64,000 nucleotides of DNA, taken from positions 98,208,001 to 98,272,000 of the forward strand of contig OX597821.1 of the NCBI GenBank assembly GCA_951406725.2. Reading direction: 5' to 3'. Made by a program: the position numbers and the translations under genes. The notes beneath the pieces were generated by a model, which saw nothing but the letters and a program-made list of their open reading frames with translations, did not search any database and was not told where the DNA came from. Below are positions 53,608 through 64,000 of the stretch, in pieces (the stretch's first letter is position 1; each line of letters starts with the position of its first letter). Source of the DNA: Octopus vulgaris (Eukaryota).

Positions 53608-53624
53608 TATATATATATATTTAA

Positions 53625-53800
53625 ATGGAATTTACAAAAAAATAAGCAAAACAAAAGATGAAGACAGGTGTGTAAACAACAAACAGATGTATTAGTTTAA
53701 TGCTTGGGAAGTGAGAAAGTCTTTTACGTTTTGAGCCTATGCTCTTCAACAGAAAGAAACACAGAAATAAACAGAGAGAAAAATAAAAAAAAAAGGTGGC
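53625..53800 (-). mobile_element. Probable Penelope-like terminal fragment with a degenerate hammerhead (53720-53757)
   Basis: Minus strand tcttt-CTGTTGA-a-gagc-atag-gctc-AAAA-cg-TA-aaaga. Adjacent to (TA)n. Confidence 0.45.
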
Positions 53801-53817
53801 TAACCTATATACTTATT

Positions 53818-54042
53818 TTGGGTTGGTGCATAATTATTGCGGCTTTTTTTAAACAAATTTTATCCAACAAAAACATCTTTAAACGATGGTCTGACTGTCT
53901 GCCAAGCAAATGATAAGCAGTAATTGAAGTAGATGGTGAATATGCTCCAAAATAATCATTTAAAGATGTTTTTGTTACATGTTATTGTTTTTGTTGAATA
54001 AAATTTGTTGGAAAAAGCCGCAATAATTATGCACCAACCCAA
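53818..54042 (+). mobile_element. Internally deleted mariner (MITE)
   Basis: About 30-bp TIRs TTGGGTTGGTGCATAATTATTGCGGCTTTT. The interior retains the transposase C-terminus (LPSK..AVIEVDGEYAPK*). Confidence 0.88.
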
Positions 54043-54078
54043 TACTTATATACTTATACCTTATATACACACACACAC

Positions 54079-54127
<49 letters not shown>

Positions 54128-54979
54128 CACAGACAAACATTTATTAACTTAAATGTGTGCATGTGTATATACACACACACACAGGGATGCGTATGCATAA
54201 ATGTGTGGTTATGGAAAGGAAAATATCAAAATAAGACTAAAATAAAAGGGAAAAAATCCCAAAATACATTAGAATAGCTTCATTCATAAAGTATCCTGAA
54301 TTGTAAGGGTGGTGGTGAAACGGACATTGGGTAAATGATGGCAAAGATAGAGTGATGCAGTGTGAAGTATAAATAGAATACAAGTGAGAATAGAGAAACT
54401 ATTGCTGGGGATACACTCACACTAATGTGGGTACATGCGTGTGTATAGAAAGAAACATACACATGAGGACACATCATCCTCTCCCTTCTACTTTCCTTCA
54501 GTTATAGAGGACCCTACAGACCTTTGATCTTGCAAATTGCAAAGTGACCTCTCTAGGACTTATACCATGAAAAAAAGCACCCAGTCTACTTTGGGAAATG
54601 TTTGGTCTCAGAAGGATCACTCAGCAGCAGAATTCATGCCAAACAGACATTGGAGCCATGACATGGTCTTCCAACTCATTGACCCCTGTTGGACTATGCA
54701 ACTTATGCCAGCATGAAAAACAAATGTTATATGATATGGTGATAATACATCATTTTTTTTAATGTTTGTATGGGTTTGATGGATCCTCTCCAGCATAGTG
54801 CCTTGCTACTTGTTATGTTCCTTTGTCATTTTTGTGATGGTCATCATCCGGAGATCAGCTTTCACCACTTCTGCCTCTGTCTCCCCTTAACCATCATCTA
54901 TAGTAAAATTCATCTGATTTCTCTCACATCAATTTTTCTCTGAATACCTATGTGACTTGTCATTCACACAAACTAACAT

Positions 54980-55293
54980 ACATCACCATCATCATCGTTT
55001 AACGTCCGCTTTCCATGCTAGCATGGGTTGGACAGTTCAACTGGGGTCTGGGAAGCCAGAAGGCTGCACCAGGCCCAGTCTGATCTGGCAGTGTTTCTAC
55101 AGCTTGATGCCCTTCCTAACGCCAACCACTCCAAGAGTGTAGTGGGTGCTTTTTACGTGCCACAGGCACGGAGACCAGACGAAGCTGGCAACGGCCACGA
55201 TTGGATGGTGCTTTTTATGTGCCATCAGCCACATTCAGATGGTTCTCTTACCGGCACTGGTATTACAGCTACAAATTCCATTGATGTTGATCG
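54980..55293 (-). mobile_element. RTE 3'-UTR-derived repeat
   Basis: (CAT)n followed by the family consensus. Confidence 0.85.
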
Positions 55294-55294
55294 A

Positions 55295-55920
55295 TTAGAA
55301 AGGAAAGCAGTGCCCATGACTCTTCACAGGGCCTCTAAGACTAGCAGGAAGCAAGGAAGGTTTCATCAAACTGAAGACCTGGCGGTTCTGAGCCTGCGGA
55401 TGCTGTTGGTAACACCGTTGCTGACGCAGTCGATATGGCACAATAATTTGTGCCATGGTATTATCGCCATGGTTATCACTATTGGTCATATGGTTGGCAA
55501 TGTAGCTGCCAGCATTGGTGTGGGTGCAGCCAGTGGTAACATATGGTGTGGGGCTGGTCATCCCATGGGTGTCAATGATAGGTGTTTGGTCATCATCTGT
55601 GGTGGTGGTGGTACTGGGAACACCGGATACCTCCTCTGTGTTGCTGGTCCTGGATTGGTTATCATCTCTAGGTGTGGCGATTGTACTGGTGGTAACATAT
55701 GGTCCGGGGCTGGTCACTCTATATCTATGACAATGGTTTGTTCATCCTCTGTGGCAGTGATACTGGATACTGGAGTTGTCTGTTATTCCCCCCTGTGATG
55801 CTGGTCCTCGACTGAATATTATCTCTGGTTGTAGCAATTGTACTGGCATGAGGTCTGCTTAACCTGCTAATACTGCTGTTGGATGGTACACTGCTAGTAA
55901 TGTGCATACGAAACCTTTGG
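55295..55920 (-). pseudogene. Frameshifted Thr/Ser/Asp-rich ORF with two diverged ~156-nt repeats; origin unknown
   Basis: STIATTRDNIQSRTS...TSPGPYVTT versus STIATPRDDNQSRTS...TSPTPYVTT. GC content is higher than the flanks. Confidence 0.4.
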
Positions 55921-56260
55921 TAACTATGTACAAAATTTAAATTTTTGTTTTATATACATATGAATGTTCAATTTATAGGGAAGATCCAGAGGAACAATTA
56001 CAAGGTAGCCAGATGTCACATAAGCATCCGAGGAATTAGTGATAACACTTGTGTGGGAGTTAATTCCGGGGAGAAGTGAAACATGTTTTGGAGGACATAA
56101 GAATAATGGAAAATGGAGACAAATGCTCAAGATGTTATTTAAATGATTTAAATAACTTCTTGAGCATTTGTCTCCATTTTCCATTATACATACATACATT
56201 ACATACATATATGAAAATGAGATGACAAAAGATTAAACAATTATTTTATGAACTTCATTA

Positions 56261-56328
56261 GTTTACAGCTGTTTCGGTTATATGATGCATTGGACCCATA
56301 GTTGAGAGCCTTATATCTTCATCAGAAC
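56261..56328 (-). ncRNA. Minimal hammerhead ribozyme motif with a partly decayed stem II
   Basis: gtt-CTGATGA-agatata...tataacc-GAAA-C-AGCT-G-TA-aac on the minus strand. Confidence 0.6.
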
Positions 56329-56368
56329 ATCAAAAAAGTCTTCTTTGGGCTCTGATGAAGCTCTAAGG

Positions 56369-56605
56369 CAGTGGTTCTCAACCAGGGTCCATATAGCCCT
56401 TATGAGTCCATATAAGAGTTTGGTGATAAAATTGATTCTATTTTTACAATAAGCAAAATATTTTATCAATTTTTAAATACAATTCCTAATAATATTATTT
56501 AATTATAAAAATATGGTGTTTTAAACATGAAATGTTTAGGAGGGGCCATCTGAATAAAACAGGAATAAAAGGGGTCCATAGTCAGAAAATGGTTAAGAAA
56601 CACTA
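56369..56605. mobile_element. Decayed hAT-type MITE
   Basis: CAGTGGTTCTCAACC ... GGTTAAGAAACACTA imperfect TIRs. Left flank CTCTAAGG; the right TSD is not preserved. Confidence 0.6.
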
Positions 56606-57876
56606 CTCATCTCATAACAGAAACAGCTGTAAGATAATGCAGTTCATAAGATTATTTTTATTCCTTTCTTATTACCACTCTGTAATCCACCGATGCCTCG
56701 TTCTGAAGCAGTGTGTACTGAGTTCTACCCCAGCTTATTAGTATCACTGTGCCCAAGTGAAATTATTATTTATTTATATATATATATATTACAATGTTTC
56801 ACATGAGTCATAATATATTAAAAATAACTAAGAAAATCTAAAATCTTGATAAAACTGATAAAAATGGAAATGTTTATGTATCTGGCCATAACAACTCTTC
56901 ATATTTCCTGCAAGTTTCATTCGTATAAAGATAACCATGCTTCTATGAATATAATATGTGTAAGTAGATATGGATTTTATTTCCAATTTTCTTCCATTTC
57001 TTTCATTATGGTTACATTTCCATGAAACATTATTTTGTTCATGCGAAACTACTGAATAATAATAAAATTAATGTTAGTTTTAGTTCTGACTACAGTACAT
57101 GGCGAATCAGACAACAACGTAAAGAAAAATAATAACAACAATAATAATGTTAACTCTGTATGCGTCTATCTTATCTTTTACTTGTTTCAGTTATTGGACT
57201 GTGGCCATGCTGGGGCACTGCCTTAAAAGCTGTACTAACAAATCGACCCCTTATTTTTTTCTTTTTAAGCCTGTTACTTATTCTATCCATCTCTTTTTGT
57301 AGAACTAAGGTTATGGGGATGTAAACAAACAACACAAGTACACACACACACAACAGGCTACTTTCAGTTTCCATCTGTTAAATTCACTCTCAAGGGTTTG
57401 GTCACTCTAGGGCTATGGCTCAAAGTGACATGCAGTGGAACTGAAACCAAGACCACATGATTGGGAAGTGAGTAATGGCATATGGAACGATAATATTCAA
57501 TTAAGAAAAAAGTTTTTAAACTAACGTCCGGAGAAAAAAAAAAAGTCTTGACAATGAAAAGTTCTGAAGATGGAATCCGTTTTCTCTCATACAGATATTA
57601 AGAGGTGAAGTAGTATTACTACAAAAGTCTTCAGGTTTGTGTATTAAAAACATAATAAAAATCCTCAATGAATCAAATTAAGCTTCTTGATAACAATGAA
57701 ATGTGGGTTTTATACAATAACAGGATATAGATTTAGTTTCATCACCAGCCCAGGATGATTATATCAAGATCATCTCAGCAGTAAGCAATCTCACTAGAGT
57801 ATAGGTGCAAACCCAGTTACACATGACCCCACCTACATAAAAAATTAAGCTCTTTCTTTGGTTATGAGACATACTT

Positions 57877-58092
57877 ACTCTTTACTCTCTTTTACTCTTT
57901 TCAGTCATTTGACTGCGGCCATGCTGGAGCACCACCTTTAATCGAGCAAATTGACCCCGGGACTTATTCTTTTGTAAGCCCAGTACTTATTCTATCGGTC
58001 TCTTTTGCCGAACTGCTAAGTAATGGGGACATAAACACACCAGCATCGGTTGTCAAGCAATGCTAGGGGGACAAACACAGACACACACACGC

Positions 58093-58129
<37 letters not shown>

Positions 58130-58228
58130 TATATAATATTAATTCGAGACAAAACCACTATTTTGCAAAACAAACAAGGAAAGACTTAATCAATACATAA
58201 AAATCTTAATATAAAATAAATAAACCGC

Positions 58229-58267
<39 letters not shown>

Positions 58268-58425
58268 ACGGGCTTCTTTCAGTTTCCATCTACCAAATCC
58301 ACTCACAAGGCTTTGGTCGGCCTGAGGCTATAGTAGAAGACACTTGCCCAAGGTGCCACGCAGTGGGACTGAACCCGGAACCATGTGGTTGGTAAACAAG
58401 TTTACTTACCACACAGCCACTCCTG
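57877..58425 (-). mobile_element. Family A composite SINE with a 96-bp insert in its internal (TA)n
   Basis: Reverse copy; unrelated sequence 58136-58231 lies between two (TA)n runs. Older relatives near 57170-57470 and 58650-59000. Confidence 0.9.
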
Positions 58426-59280
58426 TGTCTACTTGTTCATGTATTTTACCAAGCTGCCATGGTTTTGATGAGAACCTATTTGCAGCCAGATGCCCTTCCT
58501 GTTGTCAATCCTTACCTGTTTTTCAAGCAAAGAATATCTTCTTTTTATTTTACTTCTTTTTGCAAGTGCAGAATGCCTAGTTGTAATGTGTGTGTCGTAT
58601 CATTGTTTCACTCAGATGGTGACAAAGAAAACTGTGGAATTACAGGATTTATCTTTTAATTGTTTCAGTCAATTGACTGTAGCCGTACTGGAACACCACC
58701 TTGACAAATTTTAGTTGAACAAACCGACTTCAATACCGCTTTTCTTTTAAGCCTGGTACTTATTCTATCAGTCTCTTTGCTGAACTGCTAAGTTATGGGG
58801 ATATAAACACACCAATACCGGTTGTCAAGTGGTGATGAGTGACAGAAAAAAGACACACACACTCATATATATGCGATGGGTTTCTTTCTACTTCTGTCTA
58901 CAAAATCCACTCACAAGGCTTTGGTGGGCCCGAGGTGATAGTAGAAGACACGTGCCCAGGGTTCCACACAGTGGGATTGAACCTGGGACCATGTGGTGGG
59001 AAGATGTGTGAGATCACACCCATACTAGTTTCAACACCTAGTTGTTGACACTGTAGAAGCCCACAAAATTATCCACCATCTTTTCAGTAACAACTTTGGC
59101 TATCTTTTTTAATTCAGTACCGCTCATACACAGAGCACAAAATAAACAGCTTTATCAGGCAACATGGGAACAAAAACTCTGGCAAACAGGAACCACTCTT
59201 TGCACAGGTAAAAAGATGAAAGCCTGCCAATTATGGTCGTGTATCCCATCACAACTCCCTGTCCAAACCATCCTCTAGGG

Positions 59281-59499
59281 CAGTGGTTTTCAACCAGGGT
59301 TCTGCGGAACCTTAGGGTTCCGCCAGTACAGTCCAGGGGTTCTGCAAGAAGTTACAAAAATGCTAAAATTGGCATTAATTTTTAATTCTCCTGTGCAGAT
59401 ATGTGTGTATAAGACTATTAAATTATTGCACAGAGGTTCCTCAAGCCAGTGGAATGTTTCCTTGGGGTTCCGCTCCAGCAAAAAGTTTGAAAAGCACTG
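59281..59499. mobile_element. hAT (Charlie-like) MITE with 8-bp TSD
   Basis: TIRs CAGTGGTTTTCAA / TTGAAAAGCACTG. Exact TSD CTCTAGGG at 59273-59280 and 59500-59507. Confidence 0.9.
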
Positions 59500-59883
59500 C
59501 TCTAGGGTATGTATCTATAACTGAAATATAGAGTGAAAAGTGTGTGCTAAAAGAGCCATAAAGGGAAAAGAGGGCATAGGTACATGAGGAGCAGTGTTGG
59601 TGAATTTCATGAAGTTTGACATTTTTGAAGAATGCAATATCCTTTATGGCTCTATTAGCACACACTTTTCACTCTATATTTCATTCTGTGTGCTGTGCAT
59701 ATATTTCTAAGCTTTCATTGCTGTCTTTCTTTACTTCTATGTCTGCTTTACGTCCCTTCTTTTGATCTTTTCCAACAAGTTGTAGGGCATCTGACCACAG
59801 CATACAATCAAACTGAACAGTGATTTGGGCTCTGCTACTGTCACTGCATTTTGTTCAGGTTCAAAACCTTTACCTGTTGTTAT

Positions 59884-60064
59884 TCATCATCATCATCATT
59901 TAGCGTCTGCTTTCCATGCTAGCATGGGTTGGACGGTTCAACTGGGGTCTGGGAAGCCAGAAGGCTGCACCAGGCCCAGTCTGATCTGGCAATGTTTCTA
60001 CGGCTGGATGCCCTTCCTAACGCCAACCACTCCGTGAGTGTAGTGGGTGCTTTTTACGTGCCAC
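59884..60064 (-). mobile_element. RTE 3'-UTR-derived repeat (short)
   Basis: (CAT)n plus the terminal ~170 bp of the family. Confidence 0.85.
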
Positions 60065-60775
60065 ATTATTATTATTATTGCTTTCCATAATACAGGTTTT
60101 ATCCAGAAATTCCATGAGTTAACCTAGGCTATGGCAGGAGACCATAGTTTCACAGTAAAATAAAACACAAAGTCATGTGGTTATAAAGCAAAGTGGAACT
60201 TATGATTGAGGTTTGAAAGTGATTTTTTTGATTCAAGCTAAAATATTTCTTGCTGTATTTGATTTTGTATTTTTGTTGCAGAGCAGGTTGAACCATATGT
60301 TGCATTCTTTATGCATTTTTCTTGTTCACATTGTTGTTTGCATTGCAAAAATTCTTTGATGTCGCACTCTCAAGAAACTTCTACTAATGGAAAAGTAGTC
60401 AAGTTTAACAATGTCCACTTTTCCATTTTATGCACAGGTCAGATGGATTTCACCGAGGCAGATTTTGTACAGTTGGATACTCTTCCTATTGTCAATCCTC
60501 ACCTGTTCCCAACTAAGGTAATATTTTTCCTAACCTTTCAAATGTAAATGGTACAATGGATCAATATGTTTACATGAAAAATTATCAATAAACGACACCA
60601 CTTGTATGACAGTGATGCTCTTTTACAACAAGCATGTGATGCAAAGACAAGTAAACACACATGAAATGCATCTTTTGACTTCCATCCTTTAAATTCATGT
60701 ATGAGGCTTTCTATCCGTCCAAGGTGACAATAGAAGACACTTGCCCAAGGTGCTGCACAGTGGGACTGAACTCAA

Positions 60776-60814
<39 letters not shown>

Positions 60815-60816
<2 letters not shown>

Positions 60817-61090
60817 TAAATAAATGAAAGAATGGAGTCGAACGAAGATGTTAACAAAATTCCTTTACTCTCGACATATGTTTCGGAGACAACATGTTAA
60901 CATCTTCGTTCGACTCCATTCTTTCATTTATTCATATACAACACACAAATTTCTGCACATGAACCCGAAGTTTCTACCCTTGGACAGGTCGCTTCAACCA
61001 TGTTTCTGACGTGAATTTGCTACCCAGGTTTCGGTTAAACGAATTTTCCATGCTGACGATAAACATAGGATAATTCATTCACCTATTTAT
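60815..61090. mobile_element. Penelope-like fragment with inverted 5' end, within (TA)n
   Basis: 38-bp inverted repeat (60819-60856 / 60895-60932) enclosing GAAAC-ATAT-GTC (hammerhead 3' half) on the minus strand. Confidence 0.6.
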
Positions 61091-61383
61091 ATATACATAT
61101 ATATACCTATTTATATATATATATATATATATATGCATATATATTATAAAAGGTGCAGGCAGAGGCTGTGTGGTTACTTTGCAACAATGTGGCAGTGCAA
61201 TATTATTATTATTATTATACATACATACATACATATAGGCATAATGTACATACATACATTCACACTTGCAAAATGAGGCAAAAAAATAAGCAAGAAAATA
61301 ATAATAGCAATAATAATGAAAAAAATGATAATGTAAAATAAAGGCAAAATATTAAGAGAAACAGCTCAATTTCTGTCACTCAC

Positions 61384-61815
61384 ATTTGTTCCAGGATGTT
61401 GGGATGTTGAAGCTGAAAATGCTGGAGTGTTGTTAGGGGAGGGAACTTGGTATGGTTCTGTGGCTGTCAGTTCAGCAAGGTCTTTACTTCTCCTCAGCAG
61501 ATGCATGTCCTGCGTTGAATTAAAATGTGGCAGAGGTACGTCACGCTCTGCACTAAGCCCAGCTGAACCCCCAGCTGGCAGTGTCTTTGGGAGCTGGCCA
61601 TAACCACTGACGGCAGAAAAGTATCCCCGAGCTATACCGTCATTGTCCAAACTATCAAATTTTCTGATACCCGTATTTGAGTTGGTTGTGTCACCGTGAC
61701 TACACGGGAGGTAGGCAGTGCTGTTCCAGTGGTGGTCAGTTTGGAAATCTGTCCTGTCAGAAGACAAGTTAGGAGTGGAACCAGTCGGGGAGATGGGCTG
61801 GCTAGGACGAGCAGG
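61384..61815 (-). CDS. PTK2: FAK-like exon (432 nt, phase 0-0): Pro-rich linker after the kinase domain, PARPSQPISPTGS...QHPGTN
   Basis: Acceptor tttgcAG at 61817-61816 and donor GTGAGT at 61383-61378. 144 open codons. It starts PARP, matching the PPK|PSRP exon junction of vertebrate FAK, and is phase-compatible with the next exon. Confidence 0.8.
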
Positions 61816-64000
61816 CTGCAAACGAAACAGTGAGCAAAACATTAGTCACACGCATGCACCAAAGTTACATAGCAATCAACAGGAACCGCATTGATTGAAA
61901 CAACACAGCAATCATTTCAACATCAACTAAGGAAAAAAAAAAGATTTAGATGTTGGAATGAAGTGATTTAAAGGAGAATGGATTAAAAACAAGTGAGAGG
62001 GATTATTGAGTAACACAGGGAATATAGGCAGCAAAACAAACCTTAAGGTCAAAACAACTGAACAAATATTTCTCTTTGAAATAATAACAAAATACAAAGT
62101 TAGTATCACAAACTGTTAATATAGAAAGTTAATGTGGAAATGAAAAAAACAAACAAGCAAGCATTATAATTCAAACACCTGATGATTAAATACAGCAGTA
62201 AGTGTGACATTCCAAATAATGTAAGTAACTATTTTGATGTAGTGAAACTATAATGGGCTATATTACAGTCAATTAGGTCTTCACCTAACTTCAGGGACAC
62301 TTAAACCTCCTACGTAAGTGCATTGGATATACCGGTATGATAGCAGGCAACAAGTCAACTGATCAGTGATTTGTGTTCTGCCACTGTCACTGCAGTGTAC
62401 CTATGCTTAAAACCTTTACCTGTCATTAGCCCAGTCACTTACCTGTAAGTAGGGATTACCTAGTGGCGTGATTGACCACTGTAACAACTGATTGCCCTTC
62501 CCATACAACATTTTGACATAAAACTATACTGTGTTCATTGCTAAGCCACTGAACTATCAATAATTCAGTCCATCTCGTGTTAAGTTTCACAATAAACTGT
62601 AGTTCATAGATGTAAGTGGCAGCAAATATAAATTCAACAACTAATTCACTTAGCTTCCTGTGATAGGCTACTGTCTTATTAAAGGGAAGATTTCTCTTTC
62701 ATTCACATTTCTTTACTGAAACAAAACATAAGGATTGACCTTGTTGCTTCTTGCAATTGGGAAAATGTGAAAGGTTAACATTTACTTGTTTCTAGTATGA
62801 AATTAAGTAATGTCGTTTAACCGATGTCTCAGATGTAATGAAGATACTTGAAAAGCAGCAAAAACTCCAAGCAACTGAATCAAGTAAAAACCATCGCTGC
62901 AGACTTACACAGTGTAAGAACATGGACATCATGCAAAGTGAGTGAAAAATGAAAGAAAGCTAGTTAAGCAGTTCATTCAGTAGATAAGAAGAAATGTGAA
63001 GATATTTGAAAGCCAATGCAGCTGTAATAAAAGAGCAGAAACAATATGTTGTCCAAAGTAAAAATCGTAAAGAAAAGAAAGACAAGAATTTAAAGAAAAT
63101 CTCATTGTTAATAAGATTTTCATTGACAGGAACAGAGATGCCTACAGAGATAAAAATATTTTAAAATATTTACATCCATGTCCTGGTCATTTAGAATAAG
63201 TACTCTACATCCTAAATTGTTATAAAAGACAATCAGAAGAGAGGCCTCTGTGTTAAAAAGCCCAGTACAACCCATTCCCACATGGAGAAGTGGACATAAA
63301 GACAATGACGAGGACAGTGACAATATGTTCAATATGCTCTGATTGCTTTAATTTGATGTCTCATTAAGATAGGTTAATAGTCTAAAAATTAACAGTAGCT
63401 TATTTCAGATAGTCCCTGATATTTAGCTCCGGGTCAGACCTGATCCATGAGACTTATGATTAAAGGCATTTCAACCAGGATCGTCCTGTCATTTTTCCCC
63501 AGCAACAGTGAGACAGTGTATTTAGAACTATATCATCCATAAGGGCCTTCCCTCCCTTCACCCCAGATGGTAGCGTATGATTTGATAGCGGTTTATGACT
63601 CCACTTCTAGCAGATTAAATGACTGCATGGATGCTCCCTCTTTCACTTGAAATTTCATGGGTCTGCAGTGGAAATTTATTATGAATTAGTGGCTATTAAG
63701 CTGGTTTTAGTTTGCATTCCCTAACCATGATAGCACCAGCAAACTCTAAATGACTATGTTAATGAACTTGCCTTGTGAAAAAACTGTTTCCATCAAGTGC
63801 CTGAACTACAGCGCATTAAAGAAGACAACTTGTAACCAGACCACATTATTTAAGTATATATACTGACATTCATCATTGAAACAAAATATCATTATCCTTA
63901 TTGTTTGTTTCTTTATTGCATCGACCCCAGTGCCTAACAGGTACTTAGTTAATCGAACCCGAAAGGATGAAAGGTAAAGTCGACCTTGGCAGAATTTGAA

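Noticed and set aside
55028-55798. 256-aa plus-strand ORF, the longest in the track
   Set aside because: A chimera of an RTE-UTR repeat and the antisense strand of the Thr-rich relic. No recognisable domain.

Overview
Eukaryotic, AT-rich, repeat-dense genomic DNA. The SINE families and (TA)n/(CAT)n/(AAT)n microsatellites look like those of an octopod cephalopod (Octopus); this is recognised from memory, not from a search. The only host gene I can support is the 3' part of a focal adhesion kinase (FAK/PTK2-like) gene on the minus strand. Seven GT-AG exons (61815-61384, 48965-48798, 46038-45939, 43421-43360, 33936-33796, 30511-30431, 25669-25445) splice in phase into 1209 nt (402 aa plus stop). 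They encode the Pro-rich linker and the complete FAT domain; the kinase and FERM exons lie beyond the right edge. A very long 3' UTR (possibly to about 12.75 kb) may follow. The rest is transposon-derived: three tRNA-headed SINE families, many 5'-truncated RTE 3' UTRs, CR1/RTE/R4-Dong LINE fragments, decayed mariners, hAT-, piggyBac- and mariner-type MITEs, and a Helitron. There are also several Penelope-like remnants in (TA)n tracts carrying minimal hammerhead-ribozyme motifs and fold-back inverted repeats. Almost all ORFs in the supplied track are artefacts of microsatellites or repeats. I see no evidence of a prokaryote-style novel system. The most interesting signals are the intronic hammerhead motifs, a SINE-LINE pair sharing a 3' tail, and repeated nesting of elements inside microsatellites.
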